Below are positions 10,509 through 21,886 of a DNA stretch of 64,000 bases, one piece after another. The notes beneath the pieces are model-generated. The model did not search any database, was not told the origin of the DNA, and worked only from the letters and a program-made list of their open reading frames with translations. Positions within the stretch are counted from its first letter, which is position 1. The number at the start of each line of letters is the position of its first letter. The position numbers were made by a program, and so were the translations under genes. This stretch comes from an uncultured Spirochaetota bacterium (GTDB lineage Bacteria; Spirochaetota; Brevinematia; Brevinematales; JAOACQ01), in assembly GCA_963783575.1 (NCBI GenBank), contig CAWAOD010000004.1, forward strand, positions 128,001-192,000. The letters are read 5' to 3'.

Positions 10509-13222
10509 AGAAAACAGCGCTTGATCTGCTTGAGAAATATAACGGAGATCTGTCGAATATCGCTGTAATTTTTCCGAACAAAAGGGCCGGCCTCTTTTTT
10601 AAAAAATTCATACAGGGTAACATTGAAAAACCTGTCTGGGCTCCGGAATTTTATTCATTTGAGGAATGGGTATGTTCAGTATCCGATTACAGTGTTATAG
10701 ATATCGTGAGGCTTGTTTTCAAACTTTACGGCATATACTCAAAGTCGGTTTCATTATATAAAAAGGGTTTTGACGAGTTTTACCACTGGGGCAAAATGAT
10801 CCTTTCGGATTTTGACGATATTGACCGTTACCTGATCGATGCCGGAATGCTTTTCCGCAATTTGAGAGAGATGAAGAAAATCGAGGACATCAATATCGGG
10901 ACCCAGAGCTCGCTGTATAAGAAGTACCTCGGTTTCTGGAACGAGCTTGAAATAATCTATAATCGGCTTAGAGAGGAGCTTATTTCGGAAAAAACGGCTT
11001 ATCCCGGAATGATATACAGAAGCGCCGCTGAAAACCTATCGGTCCTGGATTCCGGCAGATGGAGAGGATTTGTTTTCGCGGGATTTAACGCGTTAACAGC
11101 CTCTGAAAAGAAAATCATTGAGGGGCTTAAAGAGATTTCGCATGTAGACATTTACATTGATATGGATCAATACTTTACCGGTGATGAATCTCAGGAAGCC
11201 GGCAGGTTCTACAGGGAAACATGGAAAAATATGCTGGATGGGAATGATATAAAATGGAACGGGACGGATTTATCAGGCGAAAAAAACATCACCATAACAG
11301 GAACATCTTCCTCCGCGGGCCAGGCCAAACTTTTGGGCGTCCTTCTCCAGGGCCATTTAACGCTTGTTGAAAAAACGGCCGTAATCCTGGCCGATGAAAG
11401 CCTTTTATTCCCGGTTCTCAATTCACTTCCGGGAGAAATTGGGAAAATAAATATCACTATGGGCTACCCGTTAAAAAATACTCCCGCTTATTCCCTGGTT
11501 AATCTTATCTTTGACCTGCAGGAAACAATGGAAGGCAGCGGAAGTGATTTAATCTTAGGCTACAATGAGACAATGAAATTCCTTGAGCACCCTTATATTA
11601 GCAACATTCTGGATTCCGGTTTGTTTATAAAGACGGTCAGAGAAAAAAACTTGACGAAAATTCCCGCTGTAATGCTTCCATTTCCGGAATTTATGGAGGA
11701 TACCACAGGGAAAAAATGGCCGGAAGCGGGGCCGTTTTTAAAATCATTGTCAAAAATGCTTGAATCGATGATCTCATTAAAAAACAGGGAATCGCAGGGA
11801 CTTGAAGCCGAGTTTCTCTTCATGCTCTATACACAGGTTGAAAGGCTTGCCGGCCTGGTATCAGAATATGAGCCGGGTCTTGGTATGAAACCGGCAAGGA
11901 ATCTTTTAAACGATATAATTTCCGGCAGCATCATCCCCTTTATCGGAGAACCCCTGGAAGGGCTTCAGATAATGGGAATGCTGGAGACACAGACTCTCGA
12001 CTTCGATAATATTTTCCTTCTGTCCGTAAATGAAGGCGTCTTACCCGCCGGAAGGAATCTGCAGTCGTTTATACCTCAACACATAAGGCAAATTTTAAAA
12101 ATACCCTCGCATCATGAACGTGAAGCCATTTTCGCATATCATTTTTACAGGCTGTTGATGCGCGCAAAAAACATCCATCTTATCTATACAAACGAGAGTT
12201 CGGATTTCGCCGGTATGGAGAAAAGCCGTTTCATAGAACAGCTTTTGATTGAATATGCGGCAAGGAATGAAAAAGCAAGGATCAAAGAGAATATGTTTCA
12301 GTTCAAAATAAAATCGGAAGAACATTCTAATATAATCATTGATAAAAATGATGAAATGGTCTGCAAGCTTGCCGGGATGGGCTTTTCAGCGACAGGATTG
12401 ATAACATATATGAATTGCCCCTTAAAATTTTATTTCAGGTATATTCTTGGATTGAAAGAAATGAAGGAAATAATGGAAAGCCCGGACGAACCGTTAATGG
12501 GTATAATAATCCATGAAACCCTAAAAATTTTATATTCGGAAAAATCCGGAAGGTTTGTCACATCTGAAGATTTTGACGAAATGGAGAACAGGTTAAAGCC
12601 CGAAATAAAGAGGCAGTTTAAGGAAACGCTTAATATTTCCAATACAAACACCGGGAAAAACAGGATTTATTTCGAAGCGGCAGTCAGAATTATTGATGAA
12701 TTTCTATCGAAAGAACGGGGCAGAAAGCCTTTTCAAATTGTTTTCCTTGAATATTCAACCGGCATTGTACTGCCTGCCGGAAATCTAAATGAATTATTTA
12801 TCGGTGAAATTAAGCTTAATGGAAAAATAGACCGTGTTGAGCAAAATGATGAATGCATCGCCGTTATGGATTACAAAAGCGGTGAAACGGGTTCTTTAAG
12901 CATTAATGAAGCGCCTGAGGTTTTTGACAAAATAAGGAACCGTAAGGAAGCCTTTCAGCTTTTATTCTATCTTCTGCTTTACACAGGAAAGGAAACAATA
13001 ATATCCCCCCTTAAAGCCGGAATTTTCGACCTTAAGAAAAACACGACGAATTTTCTTACTGTCAATAAATCCGATATCATCGGCCTATCTGAAATAGAAT
13101 CTTTTAAAACAAGACTGCTTGATTTGATTCATGAAATTCTGGACATCAACAAACCCTTCATGCAAACTGAAGATGCCGATTACTGCCGTAACTGCATTTA
13201 CACTGAATTTTGCGTAAGATAA
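10496..13222 (+). CDS. addB: AddB-like inactive helicase / PD-(D/E)xK nuclease with Fe-S cysteines
   Basis: Overlaps addA; CP..FY, GKIDR..DYKSG, CRNCIYTEFC. Confidence 0.8.
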   Translation: MAFLEKTALDLLEKYNGDLSNIAVIFPNKRAGLFFKKFIQGNIEKPVWAPEFYSFEEWVCSVSDYSVIDIVRLVFKLYGIYSKSVSLYKKGFDEFYHWGKMILSDFDDIDRYLIDAGMLFRNLREMKKIEDINIGTQSSLYKKYLGFWNELEIIYNRLREELISEKTAYPGMIYRSAAENLSVLDSGRWRGFVFAGFNALTASEKKIIEGLKEISHVDIYIDMDQYFTGDESQEAGRFYRETWKNMLDGNDIKWNGTDLSGEKNITITGTSSSAGQAKLLGVLLQGHLTLVEKTAVILADESLLFPVLNSLPGEIGKINITMGYPLKNTPAYSLVNLIFDLQETMEGSGSDLILGYNETMKFLEHPYISNILDSGLFIKTVREKNLTKIPAVMLPFPEFMEDTTGKKWPEAGPFLKSLSKMLESMISLKNRESQGLEAEFLFMLYTQVERLAGLVSEYEPGLGMKPARNLLNDIISGSIIPFIGEPLEGLQIMGMLETQTLDFDNIFLLSVNEGVLPAGRNLQSFIPQHIRQILKIPSHHEREAIFAYHFYRLLMRAKNIHLIYTNESSDFAGMEKSRFIEQLLIEYAARNEKARIKENMFQFKIKSEEHSNIIIDKNDEMVCKLAGMGFSATGLITYMNCPLKFYFRYILGLKEMKEIMESPDEPLMGIIIHETLKILYSEKSGRFVTSEDFDEMENRLKPEIKRQFKETLNISNTNTGKNRIYFEAAVRIIDEFLSKERGRKPFQIVFLEYSTGIVLPAGNLNELFIGEIKLNGKIDRVEQNDECIAVMDYKSGETGSLSINEAPEVFDKIRNRKEAFQLLFYLLLYTGKETIISPLKAGIFDLKKNTTNFLTVNKSDIIGLSEIESFKTRLLDLIHEILDINKPFMQTEDADYCRNCIYTEFCVR

Positions 13223-13265
13223 GGAAAAAATAACTCTGCAAGCGACACAATAACTAAGCCAGAAG

Positions 13266-13348
13266 TGGAGCACGATGCTCCATGAGGGCTCTTCAAGTAA
13301 CATAAAGACAGTGACGAACCCAGTTCGTCAAGCGACACGATGTCGCAG
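13266..13348 (+). repeat. Triple-hairpin structured repeat, partial copy
   Basis: tggagca-cga-tgctcca, tgacgaac-cca-gttcgtca, gcgaca-cga-tgtcgc; colinear with 59325-59404. Confidence 0.7.
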
Positions 13349-13358
13349 GGCACGTTTG

Positions 13359-14531
13359 TTATTTACTTAAATCGGGGGAATAAATCCTGAAATTGCCGCT
13401 GACATTTAATAACGCAAGCATGTAAAGCATTCCATTATAATATCTCCATTTGCCTGCCGGAACCGGGGAATCCCATAATTTTTTTACAAATTCCGGTCTT
13501 TCTTTAATGGTAGCGGCCATGCAGGCTGCGGCATTCATTGCAACCAGACCGGGAGAATTTTCGCCCCCTAGTTTTTCACCTGTAATCTTAAACTGGGTGG
13601 CGTAAGAAGCAATTCCCTGTTTGATAAAAAAATTTAGAATTCTGTTGCTCTGCTCAACTTCCCATTTATCAGCACCAAACCATACATAATCAACAGCAAC
13701 ATTCATTCCAATACGCCAGGCGTCAAAGCTGAAAGCATCGTGTCCGCTGTTCCATGGATCAATGGGAATTCCTGTGAATTCTGCATAATCCGGCATAAGT
13801 CCGGTTACCGGATCGGCTGCTTTTTTAAAAAAATCCCTGCTTGCAATTGCCGCATCTTTCCAGAATTTATTATCTTTATCGGCCCATAAAGCCCAGAGTT
13901 CATAGAAATGAGGGAGGTGGTATGACGGATCGGTAATCCCGGAGGCTTTACCTTCGAGCGGTACAAATACAACCTGTTTATATTCGGGGTCGAACATATT
14001 TGTGACGCCGTTTTTACCGGTATCGGCCTTGTGAAGCATTGTATCAAGTATTGCCTGCGCTTCTTTTTTATAATTGAATATTCCCTTACCATTTCCCCAT
14101 CTTCCGGCAGCAAAAAATAACGCCATTACAAACCATTCCTCACCATCTGATGCGGGATTAGGGTCGATTTGATTCCCGTCGAGGCTGCAATGCCATGCAA
14201 AATATCCTTTGATAATACCGTCTTTTTGATACATATAAGTCTTAGTCCATTTCCACAACCTGTCAAATTCTTCCTTTTTATTCATCTGGACAGAAATCAT
14301 CATTCCATAGGACATTCCTTCAGATCTAATATCATTATTACCTGTATCTTTGATATATGCCATATTATCATTCACAGGGTAATATACTCTTTGGTCCTTA
14401 TCATCACCATAGAAAAGCTGCTGCCAAGCCGAATCCAACTTTACCCGGACTTCATTATCGTTTTTTCCGAGTAAATCTTTAAAAAGATTTTTATAATTAA
14501 CCGGTTTTAATAATTCAGAATAAAAGTTCAT
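13359..14531 (-). CDS. Glycoside hydrolase family 8 (Rex-like exo-oligoxylanase)
   Basis: SEGMSYGM, PASDGE, TDPSYHLPHFY, DAWR; no signal peptide. Confidence 0.88.
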   Translation of the reverse strand: MNFYSELLKPVNYKNLFKDLLGKNDNEVRVKLDSAWQQLFYGDDKDQRVYYPVNDNMAYIKDTGNNDIRSEGMSYGMMISVQMNKKEEFDRLWKWTKTYMYQKDGIIKGYFAWHCSLDGNQIDPNPASDGEEWFVMALFFAAGRWGNGKGIFNYKKEAQAILDTMLHKADTGKNGVTNMFDPEYKQVVFVPLEGKASGITDPSYHLPHFYELWALWADKDNKFWKDAAIASRDFFKKAADPVTGLMPDYAEFTGIPIDPWNSGHDAFSFDAWRIGMNVAVDYVWFGADKWEVEQSNRILNFFIKQGIASYATQFKITGEKLGGENSPGLVAMNAAACMAATIKERPEFVKKLWDSPVPAGKWRYYNGMLYMLALLNVSGNFRIYSPDLSK

Positions 14532-14683
14532 ATTTATTACCGCCTTTCAATTTGACTATAGTCATTATAAAATATTTCCTCTTTCCAAGTCAAAAAAAAG
14601 AAAAATCACGGTAAACCGGATTAAAAAATATCTTTGCCCCCTCGTTTTTGATTAAAAACCCATTTATCATTAGAATTTAAATC

Positions 14684-15607
14684 ATGGATAAAATACAAAC
14701 CTCTTATCTTAGTAAAATTATCGCCAGGAAAAAAGCTTTTGAATGGGCTCTTGTGCTGGAAGCCATGGGGATTCCTTTTATGCTCCGCAGGTTCGATGAC
14801 ATGGAAAATCCCGGTCAAGGATTTTTAATTGAGGTCCGGGATGAAAATATTAAAAACGCGGAAAATCAGATCAATCTTTATGAGATGGAAAACTACGGTG
14901 AATATTCCGGGTCAGAATCACAGGGAACGGAAAATATTGTCCGGGTTAATCTATTATTTACATTATTAATCTGCTTTTTAATATACATGTTTCAGTTTAT
15001 TGTTCAGACAACGGACACTTCTTTTCACTGGATTGAATACGGGAATGCTTCGGCTGAGGAAATTTTAAAGGGGGAATGGTGGAGGGCAGTCACCGCGCTG
15101 ACTATTCATGCCGATCTTGCGCACGTTTTATCGAATATGGTTCTTCTGTGTATAATTGCGCAGGCTTTGTGTTCGGAAACAGGCTTCGGCCTTGGGTGGT
15201 TTCTAATATTACTGTCCGGCGCTTCCGGTAATCTTCTCAATGCCTTTGTGCATGTGTCGTATTTTCAATCGATAGGTTCATCGACAGCTGTATTCGGAGC
15301 GATAGGCTGTATGGCGGGGATAAGGCTGGCAGGCGGAACCGGCAACGCCAGGAATAAACAGCCTTCCTTGAAAGTATGGGTACCTATGATTGGGGCGCTT
15401 GGCCTGCTTGGATTTCTGGGAATGGGCGAAAATTCGGACATTGCAGCCCATTTTTTCGGTTTTGTAATAGGTTCATTCCTGGGTATAAGCTTCGGTGTAA
15501 TTTCGGCCAGGGTAAAAAAGCCGGATTTGCTTATGCAGATCCTGTTCGGATTGATAAGCCTGTCAGCAGTCATCATAAGCTGGATTTACGCTTTCAGAGC
15601 GGCTTAA
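14684..15607 (+). CDS. Rhomboid intramembrane serine protease
   Basis: WWR, HxxxN, GSS, AHFFGF motifs; multiple TM helices. Confidence 0.9.
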   Translation: MDKIQTSYLSKIIARKKAFEWALVLEAMGIPFMLRRFDDMENPGQGFLIEVRDENIKNAENQINLYEMENYGEYSGSESQGTENIVRVNLLFTLLICFLIYMFQFIVQTTDTSFHWIEYGNASAEEILKGEWWRAVTALTIHADLAHVLSNMVLLCIIAQALCSETGFGLGWFLILLSGASGNLLNAFVHVSYFQSIGSSTAVFGAIGCMAGIRLAGGTGNARNKQPSLKVWVPMIGALGLLGFLGMGENSDIAAHFFGFVIGSFLGISFGVISARVKKPDLLMQILFGLISLSAVIISWIYAFRAA

Positions 15608-17628
15608 TTCCCTGTTTTGCCGATATTTTTTGTCTTTGCTTTCGGTTTATGATTTTCAGCAAGTTCCGGCCCCGGCCTGCCGAAATAAAACCCCTGGGAA
15701 TATTCCATCCCCAGCTCTACCACTTTATCAAAAACTTCTTTTGAGCGGACATATTCCGAAATGGTTTTCAAACCTAGTTCTTTGGCAACGTTTGTGATGT
15801 TCTTTGCAATGATCTGGCAGTAATAATCTTTGTCTATATTTTCAATAATCGAAGCGTCTATCTTTATGTAATCTACATGCAGCTTCATAATATGAGCAAA
15901 ATTGGAATACCCCGATCCGAAATCATCAATCGCGAATTTACTGCCGTATTTTTTTACCTCATCGATAAATTCCTTTACTTCCTTATAATTCTCTATACCT
16001 TCGGATTCCAGTATTTCAAAAACAAGTCTTGACGCGATGTTTTTATATTCATTCAGCTTTTTCATTATGAAACGGTTTGTGTCATCGTCAAGTATATCAA
16101 GAATAGCAAGGTTGATGGAGAACTCATAATCATTATCTTTAAATTTTTCCAGCGATTTTTCAAGGATCAAACGCGTAATCTGGTGGTAAAACCTGGATTT
16201 TTTAGAAACATCCAGAAACTTGTCCGGGCCGATTATATTTCCTTCGGTATCCTTCATCCTTATCAGACACTCGTATTTTTCAATCTTTTGTGTTTTATTA
16301 TTTACAATCGGCTGGAAATAGGGAATAATCCTGTCATCTTTTAACGCTTCCCTGAGCATCCTCGTCCAGAGAATATTGTTTTCATATTCCTTGGTTATCG
16401 CGAGGGATTCATGGTAGATTATAAAATGCTTCTGGGTTTTCTTGGCTTTTTTCAGCGCCATATCTGCATGGACGGGGATATTACCCCATTTTTTTAATGA
16501 CTGCGGGAATTGCCCGGATAATATTGCATTTTTCGGATTATTCACCGTTTGCTTTTCCGTATCGGCCCTTGCGGCTCCGATCGCAACAGTAATAAGGATC
16601 TGGTTCCCGCCGTAATAAAAAGGCTTTTCGCTGATACCGTTCCATAAATACTCCAGGAAAATCTCAATTTCACTAACCGCTATATTGCTGTCCATAAAAA
16701 CCGCGAATTCATCGGCCTGCATTTTGTAAATTTTATATTCCGAGTTTGACAGCAGCACCTTAATCCTGTTGGCAAGAGAAATGAGAAGAAAATCCCCGAC
16801 ATCATTGCCGTAAAAATCATTGATTTCCTTAAAATTATCGATATTTATGAGCATCAATACCGGAGAACGGGAAAGGCTGATCTCCTCGAGCAGCTTCTGC
16901 CTGTTTGGAAGCAGTGTTAAAATATCGGTATACAGCTGTTTCGACAATTCCTTTTTGTCTTTGCGTATTGAAAGAACATAGAGAATAAAAAAAGGAAGGA
17001 CAAGAATCAGAAATAATACAGCCGAAAGGCCATTCTTTAACATGCTAGACCGGTATGAGGAATTAATTGCGTCAAGGCTGATATTTGCTCCGGCGATATA
17101 TCTGGTACCGTTTTCTGTTTCGAGCGGAACATATATTGTTCTGAAACTGCCCCACTGGTTGGTAATATCTTCATACAGGGGCCTGTTTGAGTCGAATGCC
17201 TTCTTGTTTAACTCCGTGGCTTCATTATATGATTCGAAATACCGTGGAGCGGAACCGTTAATTAGTTGATTGCTTAAAGAACTGCACCCTGTAAAATAAA
17301 CCCGGCCGCCGTTTTCAATCATTGAAAAAACATAGGATAAGCCGTATTGTTTGCTTATCTCGCTTAATTTTGCCCTGTTTTCGGTTTCCCGGTCATCATT
17401 AATAAAACTTTTATCCAGATATATTTCCTGGAACTCTTCGGCAAGAATATTTGTTATCGCTATTGCGCCGGAAAAAAGCTTTTTATCGATTTCCTGTTTT
17501 TTCTCTCTATACTCAATATTGTATGAAACAAGAGAATATAATACTATCAAAATGAAATCAATCAAAATTATGATTATCAAAATAGGCGTTTTGATATTAA
17601 ACCAGCTTTTTTTAAGGGCTGCTGCCAC
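15604..17628 (-). CDS. Membrane sensor, degenerate GGDEF plus EAL phosphodiesterase
   Basis: Two TMs; QADEF in place of GGDEF; ECL, DDFGSGYS, IKID, QGFY. Confidence 0.88.
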   Translation of the reverse strand: MAAALKKSWFNIKTPILIIIILIDFILIVLYSLVSYNIEYREKKQEIDKKLFSGAIAITNILAEEFQEIYLDKSFINDDRETENRAKLSEISKQYGLSYVFSMIENGGRVYFTGCSSLSNQLINGSAPRYFESYNEATELNKKAFDSNRPLYEDITNQWGSFRTIYVPLETENGTRYIAGANISLDAINSSYRSSMLKNGLSAVLFLILVLPFFILYVLSIRKDKKELSKQLYTDILTLLPNRQKLLEEISLSRSPVLMLINIDNFKEINDFYGNDVGDFLLISLANRIKVLLSNSEYKIYKMQADEFAVFMDSNIAVSEIEIFLEYLWNGISEKPFYYGGNQILITVAIGAARADTEKQTVNNPKNAILSGQFPQSLKKWGNIPVHADMALKKAKKTQKHFIIYHESLAITKEYENNILWTRMLREALKDDRIIPYFQPIVNNKTQKIEKYECLIRMKDTEGNIIGPDKFLDVSKKSRFYHQITRLILEKSLEKFKDNDYEFSINLAILDILDDDTNRFIMKKLNEYKNIASRLVFEILESEGIENYKEVKEFIDEVKKYGSKFAIDDFGSGYSNFAHIMKLHVDYIKIDASIIENIDKDYYCQIIAKNITNVAKELGLKTISEYVRSKEVFDKVVELGMEYSQGFYFGRPGPELAENHKPKAKTKNIGKTGN

Positions 17629-17780
17629 ATCGGACTCCTGTCAACTTTTCAGTAATTCCCCCAACCCATACTAATTTCCGGAAATGATAAATACTAATTT
17701 TAAATAAGATATGCGTTTTTAATAAGGAATACATTTTAAGATGAACAATAAAATCTTTCAAGGTATTGATTTGAAAATTA

Positions 17781-17817
17781 AATTATGGCAGCAAAATTAA
17801 TTTTTGCCGCCATAATT
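17781..17817. terminator. Hairpin downstream of the acyl-CoA synthetase
   Basis: aattatggcagcaaaa...ttttgccgccataatt. Confidence 0.55.
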
Positions 17818-17841
17818 CTATTTATTAAATATGAAACTTCT

Positions 17842-19500
17842 TCATGTTCTTTCCAGGCCCATCTCCTCGATCAGCTTTACCGACATCTCCCGCAGCTTGT
17901 ATTTCTGAATCTTGCCGCTTGCTGTCATCGGGTATTCATTGACAAAGAAGACATATTTCGGGATTTTGAACCTGGAAATCTGTCCCCGGCAGTAATCCCT
18001 TACATCCTCTTCCTTAAGAGTCTGCCCGTCCTTTACGATAACAAAAGCGCCGACCTCCTCGCCGTATTTCACGCTGGGAACACCGGCAACCTGAACATCC
18101 TTTATCTGCGGCATCTGGTAAAGAAAATCCTCAATCTCTTTCGGATATACGTTCTCCCCGCCACGGATGATCATATCTTTGATGCGTCCTGTCACTTTGA
18201 AATTGCCGTTCGCGTCCTTAATGCCAAGATCGCCGGAATGCAGCCATCCGTCTTTATCTATCACGCGGGCAGTTTCTTCCGGCATTTTATAATACCCTTT
18301 CATAACATTATAGCCCCTGCAGCAAAGCTCGCCCTGTTCGTCAACAGCGCAATCCAGGCCCGTCTGCGGATTCCAGACTTTTACCTCAATATTCGGAAGC
18401 TCTTTACCGACTGTTCCAACCTTTACTTCGATCGAATCTTCCGCGCGTGTCTGCGTCATCACCGGGGAGGCTTCGGTTAAACCATAAGCGATGGTCATTT
18501 CACTGCAGTGCATGTCGTCAATTACGCGCTTCATAACTTCCATCGGGCATGGCGAACCAGCCATAATCCCTGTTCTTAGAGATTTAGTGTCGAACATAGA
18601 GAACATCGGGTGGTTTAGTTCAGCGATGAACATTGTCGGCACTCCGTAAAGCGCAGTGCACTTATCTTTCTGTACCGACGCCAGAACCATAACCGGATCA
18701 AAGCTTTCGACAATAACGGCCGAAGCGCCATGCGTAACTATTGCCATTATACCAAGAACAAGTCCGAAGCAGTGAAAAAGCGGAACCGGGAGGCAGACTT
18801 TTTCAATATCCGTGAATTTCTGGCACTCGCCGATAAAAAAGCCGTTGTTAAGGATATTGTAGTGAGTCAGCATTACTCCCTTGGGAAAGCCGGTCGTACC
18901 TGAAGTGTACTGCATATTTATAACATCATTGTAATGCAGAGTACTTTTAACTTTATCGAGCTCGGCGTCAACCATATGAGAGCCGAGGAGAAGAATTTCA
19001 CTGGTATTGAACATACCGCGGTGTTTTTGAGGACCCAGGAAAATTAAATTCTTAAGGCAGGGGTATTTTGAACTTTGCAGACGGCCCCTCTCCGATGACT
19101 TCAATTCCGGGATAAGCTCATTAACAATCTGGACATAATCGCTGTCCTTAAAGCCGTCTATCAGGCATAGGGCTTTCATGTCCGACTGCTTAATAATATA
19201 ATCAAGTTCATGGAGTTTATAACTTGTATTGACCGTTACCAGCACAACGCCAATCTTTGCTGTTGCGAATAGAACGGTAAGCCAGTCCGGTACATTTGTA
19301 GCCCAGATTCCGACATTATCGCCTTTTTTTAACCCAAGGGCAAGCAGGCCTTTCGCAAAATTGTTTACCCTCTCATCAAACTTCTTATATGTCAGCCGGA
19401 GATCCCGGTCGGAAAATATCATGAACTCTTTGTCCGGATATTTTTTAACCTGCTCTTCCAGAATTTCACCGACCGTATTTTCAAAAAATTTTGTTCCCAT
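17842..19500 (-). CDS. AMP-dependent acyl-CoA synthetase
   Basis: [26 protein letters not shown]. Confidence 0.93.
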   Translation of the reverse strand: MGTKFFENTVGEILEEQVKKYPDKEFMIFSDRDLRLTYKKFDERVNNFAKGLLALGLKKGDNVGIWATNVPDWLTVLFATAKIGVVLVTVNTSYKLHELDYIIKQSDMKALCLIDGFKDSDYVQIVNELIPELKSSERGRLQSSKYPCLKNLIFLGPQKHRGMFNTSEILLLGSHMVDAELDKVKSTLHYNDVINMQYTSGTTGFPKGVMLTHYNILNNGFFIGECQKFTDIEKVCLPVPLFHCFGLVLGIMAIVTHGASAVIVESFDPVMVLASVQKDKCTALYGVPTMFIAELNHPMFSMFDTKSLRTGIMAGSPCPMEVMKRVIDDMHCSEMTIAYGLTEASPVMTQTRAEDSIEVKVGTVGKELPNIEVKVWNPQTGLDCAVDEQGELCCRGYNVMKGYYKMPEETARVIDKDGWLHSGDLGIKDANGNFKVTGRIKDMIIRGGENVYPKEIEDFLYQMPQIKDVQVAGVPSVKYGEEVGAFVIVKDGQTLKEEDVRDYCRGQISRFKIPKYVFFVNEYPMTASGKIQKYKLREMSVKLIEEMGLERT

Positions 19501-19517
19501 ATAAACCTCGCAATTTA

Positions 19518-20093
19518 TTAAAATGGGGCATATATTACAGCGACTATTTTAGCCGTAGCGCCGCCGACGGAATGAACATTATGAGCCACAATGGAATCAT
19601 AATAAATACTATCGCCGGTATTAAGATGGAATTTATCTTTCCCGTAATCGATTTCAACCTTACCTTCAAGTACAAAAATAAATTCTTCCCCTTCATGAGA
19701 AGATAACTTTGCATCTTTTTCAGAAGAAGCATAAATATCGATCAGAAAAGGCTCCATATGTCTGCCGGATTTATTTGCCGCAAGAGCGTAAAAATCCAGA
19801 TCGCTGCTGACGGAATTTGCTTTTCCTGAAAACCTAACAACCTTAGGTTCACTGCCCTTACAGCAGACGACAGGTCCTATATTATCCAGGTCATCCATAA
19901 ATGTCCCCAATCTTACGCCGAGTATTCTGGCAATTTTAATTAGCGGAGCGAGAGACGGAATCAATTCCCCATCCTCAATCTGCCTGATCTGTTCAACTGA
20001 AAGCTGGCTTCTCTCTGCAAGATCTTCACGGCTTAACTTTCTCGTTTCCCTGATCTGTGATACCTTACTTCCGATTTTGTTCTTTTCAGCCAT
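19518..20093 (-). CDS. XRE HTH plus cupin transcriptional regulator
   Basis: N-terminal [15 protein letters not shown] cupin; directly upstream of the synthetase. Confidence 0.9.
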   Translation of the reverse strand: MAEKNKIGSKVSQIRETRKLSREDLAERSQLSVEQIRQIEDGELIPSLAPLIKIARILGVRLGTFMDDLDNIGPVVCCKGSEPKVVRFSGKANSVSSDLDFYALAANKSGRHMEPFLIDIYASSEKDAKLSSHEGEEFIFVLEGKVEIDYGKDKFHLNTGDSIYYDSIVAHNVHSVGGATAKIVAVIYAPF

Positions 20094-20345
20094 TTTACAC
20101 CTCACTATATTATTATTCATTCCAGTTTAGCTTCAATCTATTATCTGACTCAACCGTCTACTTGGTCGGAAAATTATTACGAATCTTCATTTATCAAGAT
20201 TTTAAATTATAGTATAAAGCAGCCTGAATCAGCAGGCAAGAAAAACAATCAAGAAAGTTTTTTCAATAATTTGAAAATAAATTTTCCTTTATTTCATAAA
20301 ATAATTATTTTTCTATATCCGGCCGATCAGGCAAGGAGTGTTAAT

Positions 20346-20735
20346 ATGAAAGAAAAACAGACAGAATTAATTGACGGAATAAGCCAGATTTCTGTTACAG
20401 CATATGATCTGGAAAGGGGAATAGAATTTTATCGTGATATTTTAGGGCTGAATTTTCTGTTCGATACCGGAAATATGGCTTTTTTTGACTGCGGGGGAAT
20501 AAGACTGATGCTGAGTTTGCCTGAAAAAGAAGAATTCAGGCACCAGAGTTCCATAATATATTTTCATACTCAAAATATCGATGCGGCTTATGATCTGCTT
20601 TCAAAAAAAGGAGTCCGCTTCGAAGATAAGCCGCACTCGATAGCTAAAATGGACGCATATGACATTTTGATGGTCTTTTTCAGGGATACTGAAGGTAATA
20701 TGTTAAGCCTGACCGGAGAAATAAAAAATTTATAA
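20346..20735 (+). CDS. VOC/glyoxalase family protein
   Basis: FYRDILGL, FRDTEGN; AGGAG RBS. Confidence 0.88.
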   Translation: MKEKQTELIDGISQISVTAYDLERGIEFYRDILGLNFLFDTGNMAFFDCGGIRLMLSLPEKEEFRHQSSIIYFHTQNIDAAYDLLSKKGVRFEDKPHSIAKMDAYDILMVFFRDTEGNMLSLTGEIKNL

Positions 20736-20811
20736 ATTGAACTATTTTTATTTGCCGATTCTTTTCTTGTTTATTATCATTTCAACATAAAAAACTTATA
20801 AGGAGGACATT

Positions 20812-21204
20812 ATGGCAAAATTAGGCGATTATATGAAAACGGAGGACTTTAAAAAGGAAAAACATGTACCATTTATCGAAGTACAGCCCAATTCAAAGGC
20901 TGGTTCGCCATTTATTGTTACCGTAACAGTTGGTAAAGAAATTCCACACCCAAATACAACGGAACATTTTATCTCCTGGATTAAACTTTATTTTATGCCT
21001 GACGGTGGTAAATTCATTTATGAAGTAGGCGCGAATTATTTCAGTGCTCATGGCGCTTCCGCAGATGGACCAAACAAAGGCCCGGTATTTTCAAATTCGA
21101 CTGCGTCATTTAATGTTACCCTTAATACTTCCGGAACTTTAATTGCCGAAAGCTGCTGCAATATTCATGGGATATGGGAAAACAGCATCGACGTCAAATT
21201 CTAA
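20812..21204 (+). CDS. Superoxide reductase (neelaredoxin-type, single Fe domain)
   Basis: EKHVP, HPNTTEHFI, CNIHG. Confidence 0.9.
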   Translation: MAKLGDYMKTEDFKKEKHVPFIEVQPNSKAGSPFIVTVTVGKEIPHPNTTEHFISWIKLYFMPDGGKFIYEVGANYFSAHGASADGPNKGPVFSNSTASFNVTLNTSGTLIAESCCNIHGIWENSIDVKF

Positions 21205-21235
21205 TATCGCATGAATATTATTTGATTTTAAGAAT

Positions 21236-21859
21236 ATGATTTTTAAAGACAGGAGGGAAGCCGTAAGGCTTCTCTCCAATAAATTAATGAAATATAAAAA
21301 CGAAACCGGTTTATTGATTTTGGCTTTACCGAGGGGCGGCGTACCGGTAGCATTTGAGGCGGCAAAAGCCCTGGAAACAGGGTTTGATGTTTTCGTTGTT
21401 AGAAAGTTAGGCGCCCCAGGGCAACAAGAATTGGCTATCGGCGCCATTGCTGGAAATGAAGAAATTGTGACCAATGAGGGTATAATCAGGGAATTGGGGA
21501 TTTCCAGTGAAATTATTCAAAAAATTGCTGATGAGGAAAAAGTGGAACTGAAAAGGAGAAATCAGTTTTATAGAAAGGGCAAGCCGGAACTTAATGTTAA
21601 AAGCAAAACCGTTATTCTAATAGATGACGGACTTGCTACCGGAGCCTCGATGAAAGCGGCTGTACTTGCTTTGAGAAAAATGGGAGCCGGGAGAATTATC
21701 GTTGCAGTGCCTGTTGCGCCGGGAGAAACCTGTGAAGCCATGAAAAAAATAGCTGATGAAGTTATATGTTTTTTAACTCCTGATAATTTTTCGGCTGTTG
21801 GTGAGTGGTTTCAGGATTTTACCCAGACAAGCGACAAAGAAGTTCTGGAATTATTGTAA
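21236..21859 (+). CDS. Phosphoribosyltransferase family protein
   Basis: LPRGG, IDDGLATG. Confidence 0.88.
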   Translation: MIFKDRREAVRLLSNKLMKYKNETGLLILALPRGGVPVAFEAAKALETGFDVFVVRKLGAPGQQELAIGAIAGNEEIVTNEGIIRELGISSEIIQKIADEEKVELKRRNQFYRKGKPELNVKSKTVILIDDGLATGASMKAAVLALRKMGAGRIIVAVPVAPGETCEAMKKIADEVICFLTPDNFSAVGEWFQDFTQTSDKEVLELL

Positions 21860-21886
21860 GAAAATAAAATATTTTAAGGGGGTTGT

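Noticed and set aside
15604..17628. Active diguanylate cyclase
   Set aside because: The signature is QADEF; only the EAL domain looks intact
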